From NCBI GenBank assembly GCA_963801355.1, contig CAWDEM010000004.1:1152001-1216000 (forward strand): a stretch of 64,000 nt of DNA, given 5' to 3'. The translations under genes were made by a program, and so were the position numbers. Below are positions 9,978 to 19,452 of the stretch, in pieces (position 1 is the first letter of the stretch; the number at the start of each line of letters is the position of its first letter). This DNA is from Ignavibacteriota bacterium (GTDB taxonomy: Bacteria; Bacteroidota; Ignavibacteria; UBA10030; UBA6906). The notes under the pieces are model-generated. The model was not told the origin of the DNA. It worked only from the letters and a program-made list of their open reading frames with translations, and ran no database searches.

Positions 9978-10807
9978 TTTCGGAAATGGTGAGCAAGTTC
10001 TATGATTTCTCCGACCGCACGATGGTCATTACAGGAGGCGGCGGGGTGCTCTGCAGCGAGATGGCGGTTGCGCTCGCAGGATGCGGCGCCCGGATGGCGG
10101 TCCTCGACCGTGATCTGGCGCTGGCACAAAAGGTCGTTGACCGCATCGTGAAGTCCGGCGGTACTGCGATTGCCGTGCAGGCTGATGTATTGATTCCCGA
10201 CCGTCTGGAAGAAGCCAGGAAGCAGGTCACCGAAGCCTTCGGCCATGTGGACACTCTCATCAACGGGGCCGGCGGTAACAACCCGAAGGCAACCACCGGT
10301 GCCGCCCAGTCATTCTTCGCGCTGCCGCCCGAGGCCTTGCGGTTCGTTTTCGATTTGAATATTGTCGGGGCGATTCTGCCGTCGCAGGTTTTCGGACGAG
10401 CCATGGCCGAGCACCGGCGCGGCGTGATTCTGAATGTCTCTTCCATGAATGCCTTCCGTCCCCTTACCCGGATCCCGGCCTATTCTGCGGCCAAGGCCGG
10501 TGTCAGCAACTTCACCCAATGGCTTGCCGTGCATATGGCACAGGAATATTCACCCGACATCCGGGTCAATGCGCTCGCCCCCGGTTTTTTCCTGACCGAC
10601 CAGAACCGGTTCCTGCTGACGGAGCAGGCAACGGGTGCCCTGACCGAGCGTGGCAAAAAAATCATCGACCACACGCCCATGGCACGGTTCGGAACACCGC
10701 ACGATTTGCTCGGCACCGTTCTCTGGCTGCTCTCGCCGGCAGCAGCGTTCGTGACCGGAACGGTGATCCCCGTCGACGGCGGATTCTCGGCATATTCAGG
10801 TGTCTAA
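9974..10807 (+). CDS. uxuB: SDR-type D-mannonate oxidoreductase (fructuronate reductase)
   Basis: TGGGGVL, NGAGGN.P.ATT, SSMNAFRPLTRIPAYSAAKA, APGFFLTDQNR; translationally coupled to uxaC. Confidence 0.82.
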   Translation: MISEMVSKFYDFSDRTMVITGGGGVLCSEMAVALAGCGARMAVLDRDLALAQKVVDRIVKSGGTAIAVQADVLIPDRLEEARKQVTEAFGHVDTLINGAGGNNPKATTGAAQSFFALPPEALRFVFDLNIVGAILPSQVFGRAMAEHRRGVILNVSSMNAFRPLTRIPAYSAAKAGVSNFTQWLAVHMAQEYSPDIRVNALAPGFFLTDQNRFLLTEQATGALTERGKKIIDHTPMARFGTPHDLLGTVLWLLSPAAAFVTGTVIPVDGGFSAYSGV

Positions 10808-10828
10808 CATCGTATTCCGGAGATCGTT

Positions 10829-12238
10829 ATGAAGACGCAGCAATTTGGAGTTGTGGGACTGGGCGTTATGGGTCAGAATCTGGCTCTGAACATCGCCCGC
10901 AACGGGTACAGCGTGGCAGGTCTTGATCTGGACCCCGCGAAAGTGAAAAGCACCGTCGGCAAGTTCAGCGGATCCGACATCGTCGCGACGGATTCCAAAG
11001 AGGAATTCGCTGCGCTGCTCGCTGCGCCGAGAATGGTACTCATCATGGTGCCGGCCGGGAAGGCCGTGGATGCAGTGATCAATGACCTGCGCCCGCACCT
11101 CACGCAGGGTGATATCCTCATCGACGGAGGCAACTCCTATTTCGAAGACACCCGCCGGCGGCTGAAACAGCTCATGGGCAGCGGCATCCTCTACATCGGG
11201 ACGGGGGTGAGCGGCGGGGAGGAGGGTGCGTTGCACGGTCCGGCCATCATGCCGGGCGGTGATGCCGCCGCCTGGCCGCTCGTGAAACCGATCTTCCAGA
11301 AAATCAGTGCGAAGGCTCCTGACGGAGTTCCCTGCTGTGACTGGATCGGCTCCGATGGTGCCGGCCATTTTGTGAAGATGGTGCACAACGGCATCGAATA
11401 TGCCGATATGCAAATGATCTGCGAGGCCTACTTCCTGATGGAAAAGGTGCTGGGGCTGAGCCCGGACGAGATGCACCGCGTCTTCACCGCCTGGAACGGC
11501 GGTGAGCTCAACAGCTACCTGATCGAGATCACGGCCAAAATCATGTCCCGGAAGGACCCGGATACCGGCAAAGCACTGGTGCAGGTCATTCTGGACACGG
11601 CCGAACAAAAAGGAACCGGCAAGTGGACGAGCACGGTATCACTGGATCTGGGTGTGCCGGCGCAGACCATCGCCGAAGCTGTGTTTGCCCGCATGTTGAG
11701 CGCCCTCAAGAAAGAGCGGGTGGCGGCGTCGACCGTGCTGGCGGGCCCCAACGGCGTATTCAAGGGCAACAAAGAAGAATTCATCGAGATGATCAGAAGA
11801 GCTCTGTATGCATCAAAGATCTGCTCGTATGCGCAGGGGTTCCAACTGTTGAAGGCTGCCGACGAGGAGTATAAGTGGAATCTTCGTTTTGGCTCGATTG
11901 CATCATTGTGGCGTGCCGGATGCATCATCCGCGCGCAATTCCTGGGCAAGATCAAGGAAGCGTACGAACGCAATCCGGCGCTCGCGAATCTGCTGCTCGA
12001 TCCATATTTCACCGGAGCCATCCGCGAAGCGTCGACGTCATGGCGCAAGGTCGTTGCCACGGCGGTGGAACTCGGCGTACCGGTCCCTGCGTTCAGCAGT
12101 GCCCTGTCATACTATGATGGATATCGCTCGGCGGTCCTGCCCGCGAACCTGCTGCAAGCCCAGCGTGATTTCTTCGGCGCGCACACATATCGCCGCATCG
12201 ACAAAGAAGGCATTTTCCATACACAGTGGGAAGAGTGA
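10829..12238 (+). CDS. gnd: NADP-dependent 6-phosphogluconate dehydrogenase (decarboxylating)
   Basis: [50 protein letters not shown]. Confidence 0.98.
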   Translation: MKTQQFGVVGLGVMGQNLALNIARNGYSVAGLDLDPAKVKSTVGKFSGSDIVATDSKEEFAALLAAPRMVLIMVPAGKAVDAVINDLRPHLTQGDILIDGGNSYFEDTRRRLKQLMGSGILYIGTGVSGGEEGALHGPAIMPGGDAAAWPLVKPIFQKISAKAPDGVPCCDWIGSDGAGHFVKMVHNGIEYADMQMICEAYFLMEKVLGLSPDEMHRVFTAWNGGELNSYLIEITAKIMSRKDPDTGKALVQVILDTAEQKGTGKWTSTVSLDLGVPAQTIAEAVFARMLSALKKERVAASTVLAGPNGVFKGNKEEFIEMIRRALYASKICSYAQGFQLLKAADEEYKWNLRFGSIASLWRAGCIIRAQFLGKIKEAYERNPALANLLLDPYFTGAIREASTSWRKVVATAVELGVPVPAFSSALSYYDGYRSAVLPANLLQAQRDFFGAHTYRRIDKEGIFHTQWEE

Positions 12239-12244
12239 CCCGGC

Positions 12245-13405
12245 ATGGTGATCGTGGTCGACAGCAAGAACCCGTTTCTCGCTGATGCGCTCGCCGGAAT
12301 CGCAGAAGTGCGGCAGCTGGATACTGCTGCGATTACGCATGAGGTGTTGCGCGATGCGGATGCCGTGGTCGTGCGCTCGGAGACGAGAGTCGGGGAACCT
12401 CTGCTCCGGAATACGCGTGTGCAGTTCGTGGGGACGGCGACGATCGGCACGGATCACGTGGATACCGCATACTTGCAGAGGTCCGGTATCGGCTTTGCGA
12501 GTGCGCCCGGCAGCAACGCAAATTCCGTCGCCGAGTATGTCGCCGCAGCGCTCCTGGAGACCGCCGCCCGTCTTCACATCTCACTGAAGAACCGAATCCT
12601 CGGAGTGGTCGGCGTCGGTAATGTCGGGAGCCGGGTGGTGCGCGTCGGCCGCGCTCTCGGCATGCAGATTCTCCAAAATGATCCCCCGGTCGCCCGGAAG
12701 ACAGGCGGCCGGGATTTTGTTTCCCTTGATGCGATCATGGAAGCGGATGTGGTTTCCCTCCATGTGCCCCTGACCCGGACGGGTGACGACCCGACCTTCC
12801 ATCTGTTCAACCGGGAACGCCTCTTCCGCATGAAACGCAGGAGCGTGCTGTTGAACACCTCCCGGGGTGCTGTTGTGGAGGGGAGGGGACTGCACTCCGC
12901 TCTGACTGCCGGTCATCTGGCAGCCGCCGTCCTCGATGTCTGGGAAGGAGAACCGGATATCGATCCTCTGCTTCTCGGCACGGTGCTCATCGGGACTCCG
13001 CACATCGCAGGATATTCGTTTGACGGCAAGGTCAATGCCGCGCGCGCAATGTTTGAGTCCATTGTGCGCCACTTCGGAGTGGCGCGGCAGTGGCCTGACC
13101 CGGCGGCCATGCCCTCACCGCGGGCCGGCCGGATCGAACTCTCACCGCTGACTGATTGGCAGGAAGAACTCCGCCGCGTCATCAACTGTTGCTACAGCAT
13201 AGGGGAAGATGACAGGCGGCTCCGGGAACTGCTGGCATTGCCTGACGGTGCCCGGGGCGCGGAGTTCCGCAGTCAACGGGCCCACTATCCCGTGCGGCGC
13301 GAGTTTCACGCTACCCTGATAATTGCCCGGCGAGGATGCGACTCCGTGCGGGAGTCCCTGTCCGCGCTGGGTTTCACCCTGCAGGAATCACAGGAGGATG
13401 CATGA
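12245..13405 (+). CDS. pdxB: 4-phosphoerythronate dehydrogenase-like 2-hydroxyacid dehydrogenase
   Basis: VVRSETRV, GTATIGTDH, APGSNANSVAEY, GVGNVG, LHVPLT, LDVWEGEP, TPHIAGYS, C-terminal YPVRREF. Confidence 0.85.
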   Translation: MVIVVDSKNPFLADALAGIAEVRQLDTAAITHEVLRDADAVVVRSETRVGEPLLRNTRVQFVGTATIGTDHVDTAYLQRSGIGFASAPGSNANSVAEYVAAALLETAARLHISLKNRILGVVGVGNVGSRVVRVGRALGMQILQNDPPVARKTGGRDFVSLDAIMEADVVSLHVPLTRTGDDPTFHLFNRERLFRMKRRSVLLNTSRGAVVEGRGLHSALTAGHLAAAVLDVWEGEPDIDPLLLGTVLIGTPHIAGYSFDGKVNAARAMFESIVRHFGVARQWPDPAAMPSPRAGRIELSPLTDWQEELRRVINCCYSIGEDDRRLRELLALPDGARGAEFRSQRAHYPVRREFHATLIIARRGCDSVRESLSALGFTLQESQEDA

Positions 13406-14667
13406 TCGGCTCGGGTTTCACTGATCGCGATCTGGCCGTTGAGGAGGTCCGCACCATTCTTTCCGCCGCGTTCGAGAAGGAAGCCTTCGACGGGAAGCGG
13501 GTGCTGATGGTCATCCCTGACAGCACGCGGACTGCCCCCATCGGGTTGATGTTCCGGGAAATCGCCGCCCTGTTGCAGCCGCGCGTGAAGCACCTGGATG
13601 TGCTCGTGGCGCTGGGGACGCATCCCCCGATGAGTGAGGCGGCCATTGACCAGCGGCTCGAAATGGCTCCGGGGGAACGCGCCCGGCTCTTCCCGCGGAT
13701 CCGTGTGTTCAACCATCACTGGAATGATCCCTCGCAGCTGGTCTCCCTCGGCACGATCAGCGAACGCGACGTGGAGCACATCTCACGCGGGCTCATGAGT
13801 GAACGCGTGAATGTGACGATCAACAAACTGGTGCTCGAGTATGATCTGGTGATGATTGTCGGACCGGTATTTCCGCATGAAGTAGTGGGTTTCTCGGGCG
13901 GCAACAAGTATCTCTTCCCTGGCATTTCGGGACCGGAGATCATCGACATGTTTCACTGGCTGGGCGCACTTATCACAAGTCCCGTGATCATCGGCAGGAA
14001 GAATACCCCGGTGCGTGCGGTCGTCAACAAGGCCGCCTCATTGCTTCCTGTCAGGCGGTACTGCTGCAGTCTGGTCGTCCGGGGACACGGACTGGCGGGA
14101 TTGTACTGCGGGACTCCGGAAGAAGCGTGGGAAGGGGCGGCAGACCTCTCAAACCTGATCCACATCCTGTACAAAGACCGGCCGTATCACAGCGTGCTCT
14201 CCTGCGCGCCCTCGATGTACGACGACCTCTGGGTGGGAGCGAAGTGCACGTACAAACTCGAACCGGTCGTAGCGGACGGCGGCGAGGTCATCATCTATGC
14301 GCCGCACATCAAGGAGATTTCCGTTACGCACGGGAAACTCATCGGTGAGATCGGCTATCATGTGCGGGACTATTTTCTCTCCCGGTTTGACCGTTTTGCC
14401 CATATCCCGCGGGGGGTCCTGGCACACTCCACGCACGTGCGCGGTGTGGGAACGATGGTGGACGGTGTCGAGTACCCGCGAATATCCGTGATCCTTGCGA
14501 CAGGAATTCCGGAGGCGGAATGCCGCAAGGTGAATCTCGGGTATCGTGACCCCCGTTCCATCACCCTGCAAGATTGGAGAGACCGTGAGATCGAAGGAGT
14601 GCTTCTCGTGCCCAAAGCGGGGGAGATCCTCTACCGGTTGACCAACGATCCATTCCCCTTCACGTAA
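13402..14667 (+). CDS. LarA (lactate racemase) superfamily nickel-pincer epimerase, possibly mannonate/gluconate 2-epimerase
   Basis: PDSTRT, ALGTHPP, FNHHW, FPHEVVGFSGGNKYLFPGI, FHWLGA match LarA active-site motifs; SD AGGAGG; ATGA overlap with pdxB. Confidence 0.85.
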   Translation: MIGSGFTDRDLAVEEVRTILSAAFEKEAFDGKRVLMVIPDSTRTAPIGLMFREIAALLQPRVKHLDVLVALGTHPPMSEAAIDQRLEMAPGERARLFPRIRVFNHHWNDPSQLVSLGTISERDVEHISRGLMSERVNVTINKLVLEYDLVMIVGPVFPHEVVGFSGGNKYLFPGISGPEIIDMFHWLGALITSPVIIGRKNTPVRAVVNKAASLLPVRRYCCSLVVRGHGLAGLYCGTPEEAWEGAADLSNLIHILYKDRPYHSVLSCAPSMYDDLWVGAKCTYKLEPVVADGGEVIIYAPHIKEISVTHGKLIGEIGYHVRDYFLSRFDRFAHIPRGVLAHSTHVRGVGTMVDGVEYPRISVILATGIPEAECRKVNLGYRDPRSITLQDWRDREIEGVLLVPKAGEILYRLTNDPFPFT

Positions 14668-14676
14668 CGCGCAGCA

Positions 14677-14711
14677 CTCCGGCATGCCGTTTTCGATGCA
14701 GCGTGCCGGAG
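14677..14711. terminator. GC-rich hairpin between convergent genes
   Basis: CTCCGGCATGC (14677-14687) pairs with GCGTGCCGGAG (14701-14711). No clear U-tract. Confidence 0.4.
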
Positions 14712-14736
14712 GCGCTCCGTCTCGCGTGGTCTGCGT

Positions 14737-15882
14737 CTACTTCACTTCCAGCACATCCTTGTCCGGTAACTTGGGGAACGGTGCATGTGGTTCCGTCTGG
14801 TACCAGAATGCCACCGAGGCGATGTCGTCCTGGAGCGGCAGGTAGCGTCCGCCTGACCGCCATCCCAGGGCCTGCATGGTGACACGAAGATCCTTCTCGA
14901 ACCTGACGGGATCCATAATGTGCCAGCGGTAGAGTCCGAACCGTTGCTGGGAGTTGGCACCGAGGCCGTCAGGGCGAATGACCTGGGGCATCCCTGTGTA
15001 CGGGGTGGTGAATTCCACATATTGTTTTGTCTTGGGATCCTCGAAACCGTAGGAACCGCAAAAGTAATCCTCCGTGCCGGTCCCACAGATGGTTGGGTAC
15101 GAGCCGTCGCCATCCATGTAGAACTTTATCTCTCCTTCTCCCCACCAGCCGTTGTTGTTCACCCCCCAGGCCATGTAGAGTCCGACGAAATGCCCCCAGC
15201 CTTTCACACCATCGAGAATGGTGTAGTCCTGTTTGTACGGGAGCGGGTTGACGCGGCGGAATTGTGCGTGAAAGTATGCCGCGTCGTCGGAAACATCGGT
15301 GAGTGTGTAGTTGACCTGGTAGTAGAGGAACAGGTCTTCCTCGGCGATATTCTCGACGGTGATCTTGCATGATCTCCGGAAGGGCATTTCCCAATAGCAG
15401 TTGAAGCCGTTGCCCGGGTTGACGCACACCGGGAGAGAAACGATTGGCGCGAACTGGCACCAGCCGTTGCCGAAGAAATCGGCCACCGGCGTTTCGACGG
15501 ACGGTGTGGCTTCGCCGTCCCAATAGATGCGCAGCAGCGCGTAGCGCCAGTGTCCGCTCGGCGTCATCCATACCTGTTGAATGGCGCCCGGGCCCTTGAT
15601 CTCCGCGAGTGTGAAGATCTCCTGTGGCTTGATCTTCACGGAAGGCGAGATTTTCCACCCCTGCCCGAGGTCGCGGGCGGCTTTGGCACCCGTCCCCTCG
15701 GTGGCCGTTCCCCCTTTGCCCTTTTCTCCGGTGAAGTTCTCCGGGCTGATCGAGCGGGTCTTCGCGTGTGAAAGCCGTGAAAGCGTCCCGAGCCCCAAAC
15801 CAAGACCGTTGTACGATTGTTGAGCCATCATGGTGCCTCCGGCAAAGACGAGTAGGATGGGAATTATACGCATCGGTGTCAT
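14737..15882 (-). CDS. DUF2961 / GH172-family glycoside hydrolase, secreted
   Basis: Signal peptide; TRSISPENFTGEKGKGG, NCYWEMPF, YFHAQFRR, WWGEGEIKFYMDGD, GTGTEDYF, YRWHIMDP, SVAFWYQ. Confidence 0.9.
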   Translation of the reverse strand: MTPMRIIPILLVFAGGTMMAQQSYNGLGLGLGTLSRLSHAKTRSISPENFTGEKGKGGTATEGTGAKAARDLGQGWKISPSVKIKPQEIFTLAEIKGPGAIQQVWMTPSGHWRYALLRIYWDGEATPSVETPVADFFGNGWCQFAPIVSLPVCVNPGNGFNCYWEMPFRRSCKITVENIAEEDLFLYYQVNYTLTDVSDDAAYFHAQFRRVNPLPYKQDYTILDGVKGWGHFVGLYMAWGVNNNGWWGEGEIKFYMDGDGSYPTICGTGTEDYFCGSYGFEDPKTKQYVEFTTPYTGMPQVIRPDGLGANSQQRFGLYRWHIMDPVRFEKDLRVTMQALGWRSGGRYLPLQDDIASVAFWYQTEPHAPFPKLPDKDVLEVK

Positions 15883-15905
15883 GTGTTCTCCGTTTCGATG
15901 TGAGT

Positions 15906-17534
15906 TCAGAACGGCCTCATGAGTTCCTGGTACGATCGAAGATGATCATACATCTTCCTGAAGACCCGGTACTTTGCCGCGTGAAAGCGCGCATGCTTTT
16001 TCTGCGGTTGAAACCTCTGCCCGGCCGAGCTCATGCGGACCGCTGCATCCAGGATGGAAGGAAACTTTCCGGCGCCGACCGCAGCGAGCATTGCGGTGCC
16101 GAGCAGGACCGCCTCCGGTTCCCGCGGGAGGATGATCTCGCAGCCGGTGATATCGGCATGTTCCTGGAGCCAGAGGGGGTTGCGGGTGCCGCCGCCGCAC
16201 GCATGGATGCGTTTGATGGCAAACCCGTTGCCGTTCATCGTTTCAATAATGTGGCGCGTGCCGTAGGCGATTGCCTGGATCGTGGCATAGTACAGCCGCG
16301 CGATGGAGTCGATGCTATCGTCCAGTGAGAGTCCGCTGATGATGCCCCGGGCGGCGGGATCGGCGTGCGGCGAACGGTTTCCCAGAAAGTAGGGGAGGAT
16401 GTGGAGATCTTTCACGATCGCCGGCCCTTCCAATTCTCGCTGCTTGATATCCGACACGACGCCGTTCAGATATTCGTAGACGGTGACCCCGCGGCCGCGC
16501 GCTTCAGCGGTGACAATTTCCGAGCGGCATGTAGAGTGGATGATGAAATCCAGCAGCGAGCCTGTCGCGCTCTGTCCGCCCTCGGTAAGCCAGAGTCCAG
16601 GGATCATGGCATCTCTGTACGGCCCCCAGATCCCCTTGATGAAGTGGGGCGACCGCGACACGGCCATATGACAGGAGGACGTGCCGCCGATCAGCGCGAG
16701 GACCCGTTCAAGGGCTGCAGGCTTCGGCGTGCTGGTGAAGCCCATGCCCATTACGCCGATGCCCCCCGCATGCGCGTCAATGATGCCGACAGCCACTTTC
16801 GTGGCCGTCGTGAGGCCGAGGTGCTGCGCCGCGACCGGCGTGAGCTCGCCGGCATAGGAACCCATCGGCATGATCCTGTCGCCGATCATCCCCTTTGTGA
16901 GGAGGTCATCCATGCCGAGCTTGCCATAGAAGGTGGGATCCCACCGTGCTTTCTTTCCGTCAAATCCCCATTTGCACACCGTGGTGCAAAGGCTGCGCAC
17001 ATCCTGTCCGGTGGCCTGCAGGACCAGGAAGTCCGCAAGGTCAAGATAGCGGGCAGCCCTTTTCCACGTCGCCGGCATATGCTCTTTCAGCCAGAGGAGT
17101 TTCGGCGGTTCCATCTCCGGAGAAATCACCCCGCCCACATACTTCAACAGAGGATGATGGGTGGCGTTGATGCGCCGGGCTTGATCGATGGCGCGATGGT
17201 CCATCCAGACAATGACATTGTGTTCTGCTGTTCCGGTGGGTGAAACGGTGATTGGTGCCAGGGAAGCATCCAGTGCCACGAGTGAACAGGTCGCGTCAAA
17301 AGAGAGCCCGACCACGGTTGAAGGATGAATCTCCGCTACGGCGACGGCCTCACGCACAACTTCGCCCGCCCGTGCCCAGATGTCGGTTGAAGACTGCTCC
17401 ACGAAATCTTCCCTGGGCCGCCAGATCTGGATCTCGCGGACAGCATGGCCGACCATTCTTCCTTCGAGGTCAAACACGCCGGCACGGACGCTTCCCGTGC
17501 CCACATCGACTCCGATGACATAGTCGAAGTTCAT
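15906..17534 (-). CDS. FGGY-family carbohydrate kinase (D-ribulokinase/pentulose kinase-like)
   Basis: GVDVGTGSVRAG, FDATCSLV, WMDHRA, SPEMEPPKL, IDAHAGG, GTSSCH, GNRSP; ATGA overlap with the binding-protein stop. Confidence 0.92.
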   Translation of the reverse strand: MNFDYVIGVDVGTGSVRAGVFDLEGRMVGHAVREIQIWRPREDFVEQSSTDIWARAGEVVREAVAVAEIHPSTVVGLSFDATCSLVALDASLAPITVSPTGTAEHNVIVWMDHRAIDQARRINATHHPLLKYVGGVISPEMEPPKLLWLKEHMPATWKRAARYLDLADFLVLQATGQDVRSLCTTVCKWGFDGKKARWDPTFYGKLGMDDLLTKGMIGDRIMPMGSYAGELTPVAAQHLGLTTATKVAVGIIDAHAGGIGVMGMGFTSTPKPAALERVLALIGGTSSCHMAVSRSPHFIKGIWGPYRDAMIPGLWLTEGGQSATGSLLDFIIHSTCRSEIVTAEARGRGVTVYEYLNGVVSDIKQRELEGPAIVKDLHILPYFLGNRSPHADPAARGIISGLSLDDSIDSIARLYYATIQAIAYGTRHIIETMNGNGFAIKRIHACGGGTRNPLWLQEHADITGCEIILPREPEAVLLGTAMLAAVGAGKFPSILDAAVRMSSAGQRFQPQKKHARFHAAKYRVFRKMYDHLRSYQELMRPF

Positions 17535-18463
17535 TCTTTCAACCACTCGCCTCCCTTGTCGATATTTCCGCGCGTGAAGACCCGCGAAGGCAATGTCACT
17601 TCCTTCTGCACCTTCTTCCCCTTGAGGATTTCCAGGGCTGTGGTGACGGCCTCCCGTCCTCCAGTCGGGTACTCAAAGGACGCGGAGAGAATTCCCTGCC
17701 TGACGTACATTTGGCCTTCTTGTGGCAAGCCGTCGATGCCTACAAAGGTAATTTGTTTCTCCCTCCCGGCGGCCTTGGCGGCAAGATACGCCCCATGCGC
17801 GCCCGGGTCATTGTGCGCATAGACCAGCGTGATATTCGGGAACCGGGCCAGTGCCGACTCCATTTCCTTCCGGGCATTCGGTTCCAGCCATTTCATGTCG
17901 GCCTCGAAGACCACAGACACGCCGCTCCCGGCGATTCCGTCGCGGAATCCCGTATGCCGGTCCTGCCCCGGCGTCGACGTCATGAGCCCCTTCAGTTCCA
18001 CGATTGTACCCTTTCCCCCGAGCAGGTTCACAATCCATTTGCCCGCCGCACGGCCGATTTTTTTGTTGTCCGCACCGATGAAACACGTGTACTCGTTGCC
18101 GACGACGCGCCTGTCCAGCACGATGACGGGAATGCCATTGCGGTATGCATCGGCCACCGGCTTGGTGAGGGGAGCTGCTTCCTTGGGGGAGATAATGATC
18201 AGGTCCACCTTCTGCCGCACGAACTCTCCGACATGCGCGCTCTGGCGCAGGTTGTCGTTCTGTGCGTCTTTGAAGACAACACGCAATTCCGGGTGTCCCT
18301 CCGCCGCCTTCCTGATGTCGGCATTCATCTGGACCCGCCACGGCTCGCCGAGATTGCACTGGCTCATGCCGATGGTCCACCGGGGTGACTGGGCGAACGT
18401 GAGTGTCATAGACAGCGCCAGACCGCACGTCATGAGGATGAGTGTCCGGAACAAGGGTTGCAT
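17531..18463 (-). CDS. Sugar ABC transporter substrate-binding protein (RbsB-like)
   Basis: Signal peptide; IGMSQCNLGEPWR, PVIVLDR, IGADNKKIG, YAHNDPGA, VGIDG. Confidence 0.92.
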   Translation of the reverse strand: MQPLFRTLILMTCGLALSMTLTFAQSPRWTIGMSQCNLGEPWRVQMNADIRKAAEGHPELRVVFKDAQNDNLRQSAHVGEFVRQKVDLIIISPKEAAPLTKPVADAYRNGIPVIVLDRRVVGNEYTCFIGADNKKIGRAAGKWIVNLLGGKGTIVELKGLMTSTPGQDRHTGFRDGIAGSGVSVVFEADMKWLEPNARKEMESALARFPNITLVYAHNDPGAHGAYLAAKAAGREKQITFVGIDGLPQEGQMYVRQGILSASFEYPTGGREAVTTALEILKGKKVQKEVTLPSRVFTRGNIDKGGEWLKE

Positions 18464-18480
18464 GGAATTGCTCCTTGTGG

Positions 18481-19452
18481 TTATGTGCCGCGTTGAAACA
18501 GCACCGCGGCAAGAATAATGAGTCCAGTCAGCATGAGCCGTGTTTCTTCTCCGACCGCATTGATGCTCAGGATTTTCTCGAGATTCCCGATGATCAAGAC
18601 GCCGAGAAGCGTCAGCCAGATGGACCCTCTGCCGCCCTGCAGGGAGGTGCCGCCGATGACCACCATGGCGATCGCGCTCAGCTCGTATGTCGCCCCGGCT
18701 TCAGGATCACCCTGCAGTTCCTGCGCCGCCTGGCAGATGCCGGCGATCCCGCATGTGAAGCCGCAAAATCCGTACGCGAACAGCTTCGTCATGCCCACCG
18801 GGATGCCCGCGTAGAGTGCGGCCTCCTCATTCCCGCCCACGGCGTACACCTGCCGCCCCCAGGGGGTATGTGTGAGGAGCACCCACACCAGCACAAGGCA
18901 GACCACAAGGATAACAGTGACCACGGCAAGATTGTCGCCTGCCATGCGGGCACTGATCAGGTCGAAGAGGCGAGGGGTGTCGACATAGTGGTACGTGCCA
19001 TCCGGAAGTTGTACTGCGGTCGAGATCTTTTCTCCGCCCGAAATGAGTTTTGCCAGTCCACGGGCAAAGACCATCATTGCCAGAGTCGCGATGAACGGCT
19101 GGACGCGAAAGCGGGCGATCACCCCGCCCGATACCAGGCCGCAGGCGGTCCCCAGAAGGAGCGTTCCGCCGACGGCGATAGCATCCGGTACTCCTTGATG
19201 CATCGAGAGCAGGGAGAATGCGACGGCACAGAGTCCGAGAATGCTCCCGACGGAAAGATCAATGCCGCCGGCAATGATCACCACGGTCATGCCGCACGCC
19301 AGGATGCCATAGACCGACACCTGCCGCAGCATATCCCGTTGGGTTGCCCACTGGAAAAAAGTCCCGTCCGCGTTGAAGACCGCTCCGAGCACCATGACCA
19401 GGGCCAGGGAGAGGAAGGCGCGGGCGAGGGGGTGATCTTTAACGGACGCCAC
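18481..19452 (-). CDS. Sugar ABC transporter permease (RbsC-like)
   Basis: [45 protein letters not shown]. Confidence 0.92.
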   Translation of the reverse strand: MASVKDHPLARAFLSLALVMVLGAVFNADGTFFQWATQRDMLRQVSVYGILACGMTVVIIAGGIDLSVGSILGLCAVAFSLLSMHQGVPDAIAVGGTLLLGTACGLVSGGVIARFRVQPFIATLAMMVFARGLAKLISGGEKISTAVQLPDGTYHYVDTPRLFDLISARMAGDNLAVVTVILVVCLVLVWVLLTHTPWGRQVYAVGGNEEAALYAGIPVGMTKLFAYGFCGFTCGIAGICQAAQELQGDPEAGATYELSAIAMVVIGGTSLQGGRGSIWLTLLGVLIIGNLEKILSINAVGEETRLMLTGLIILAAVLFQRGT

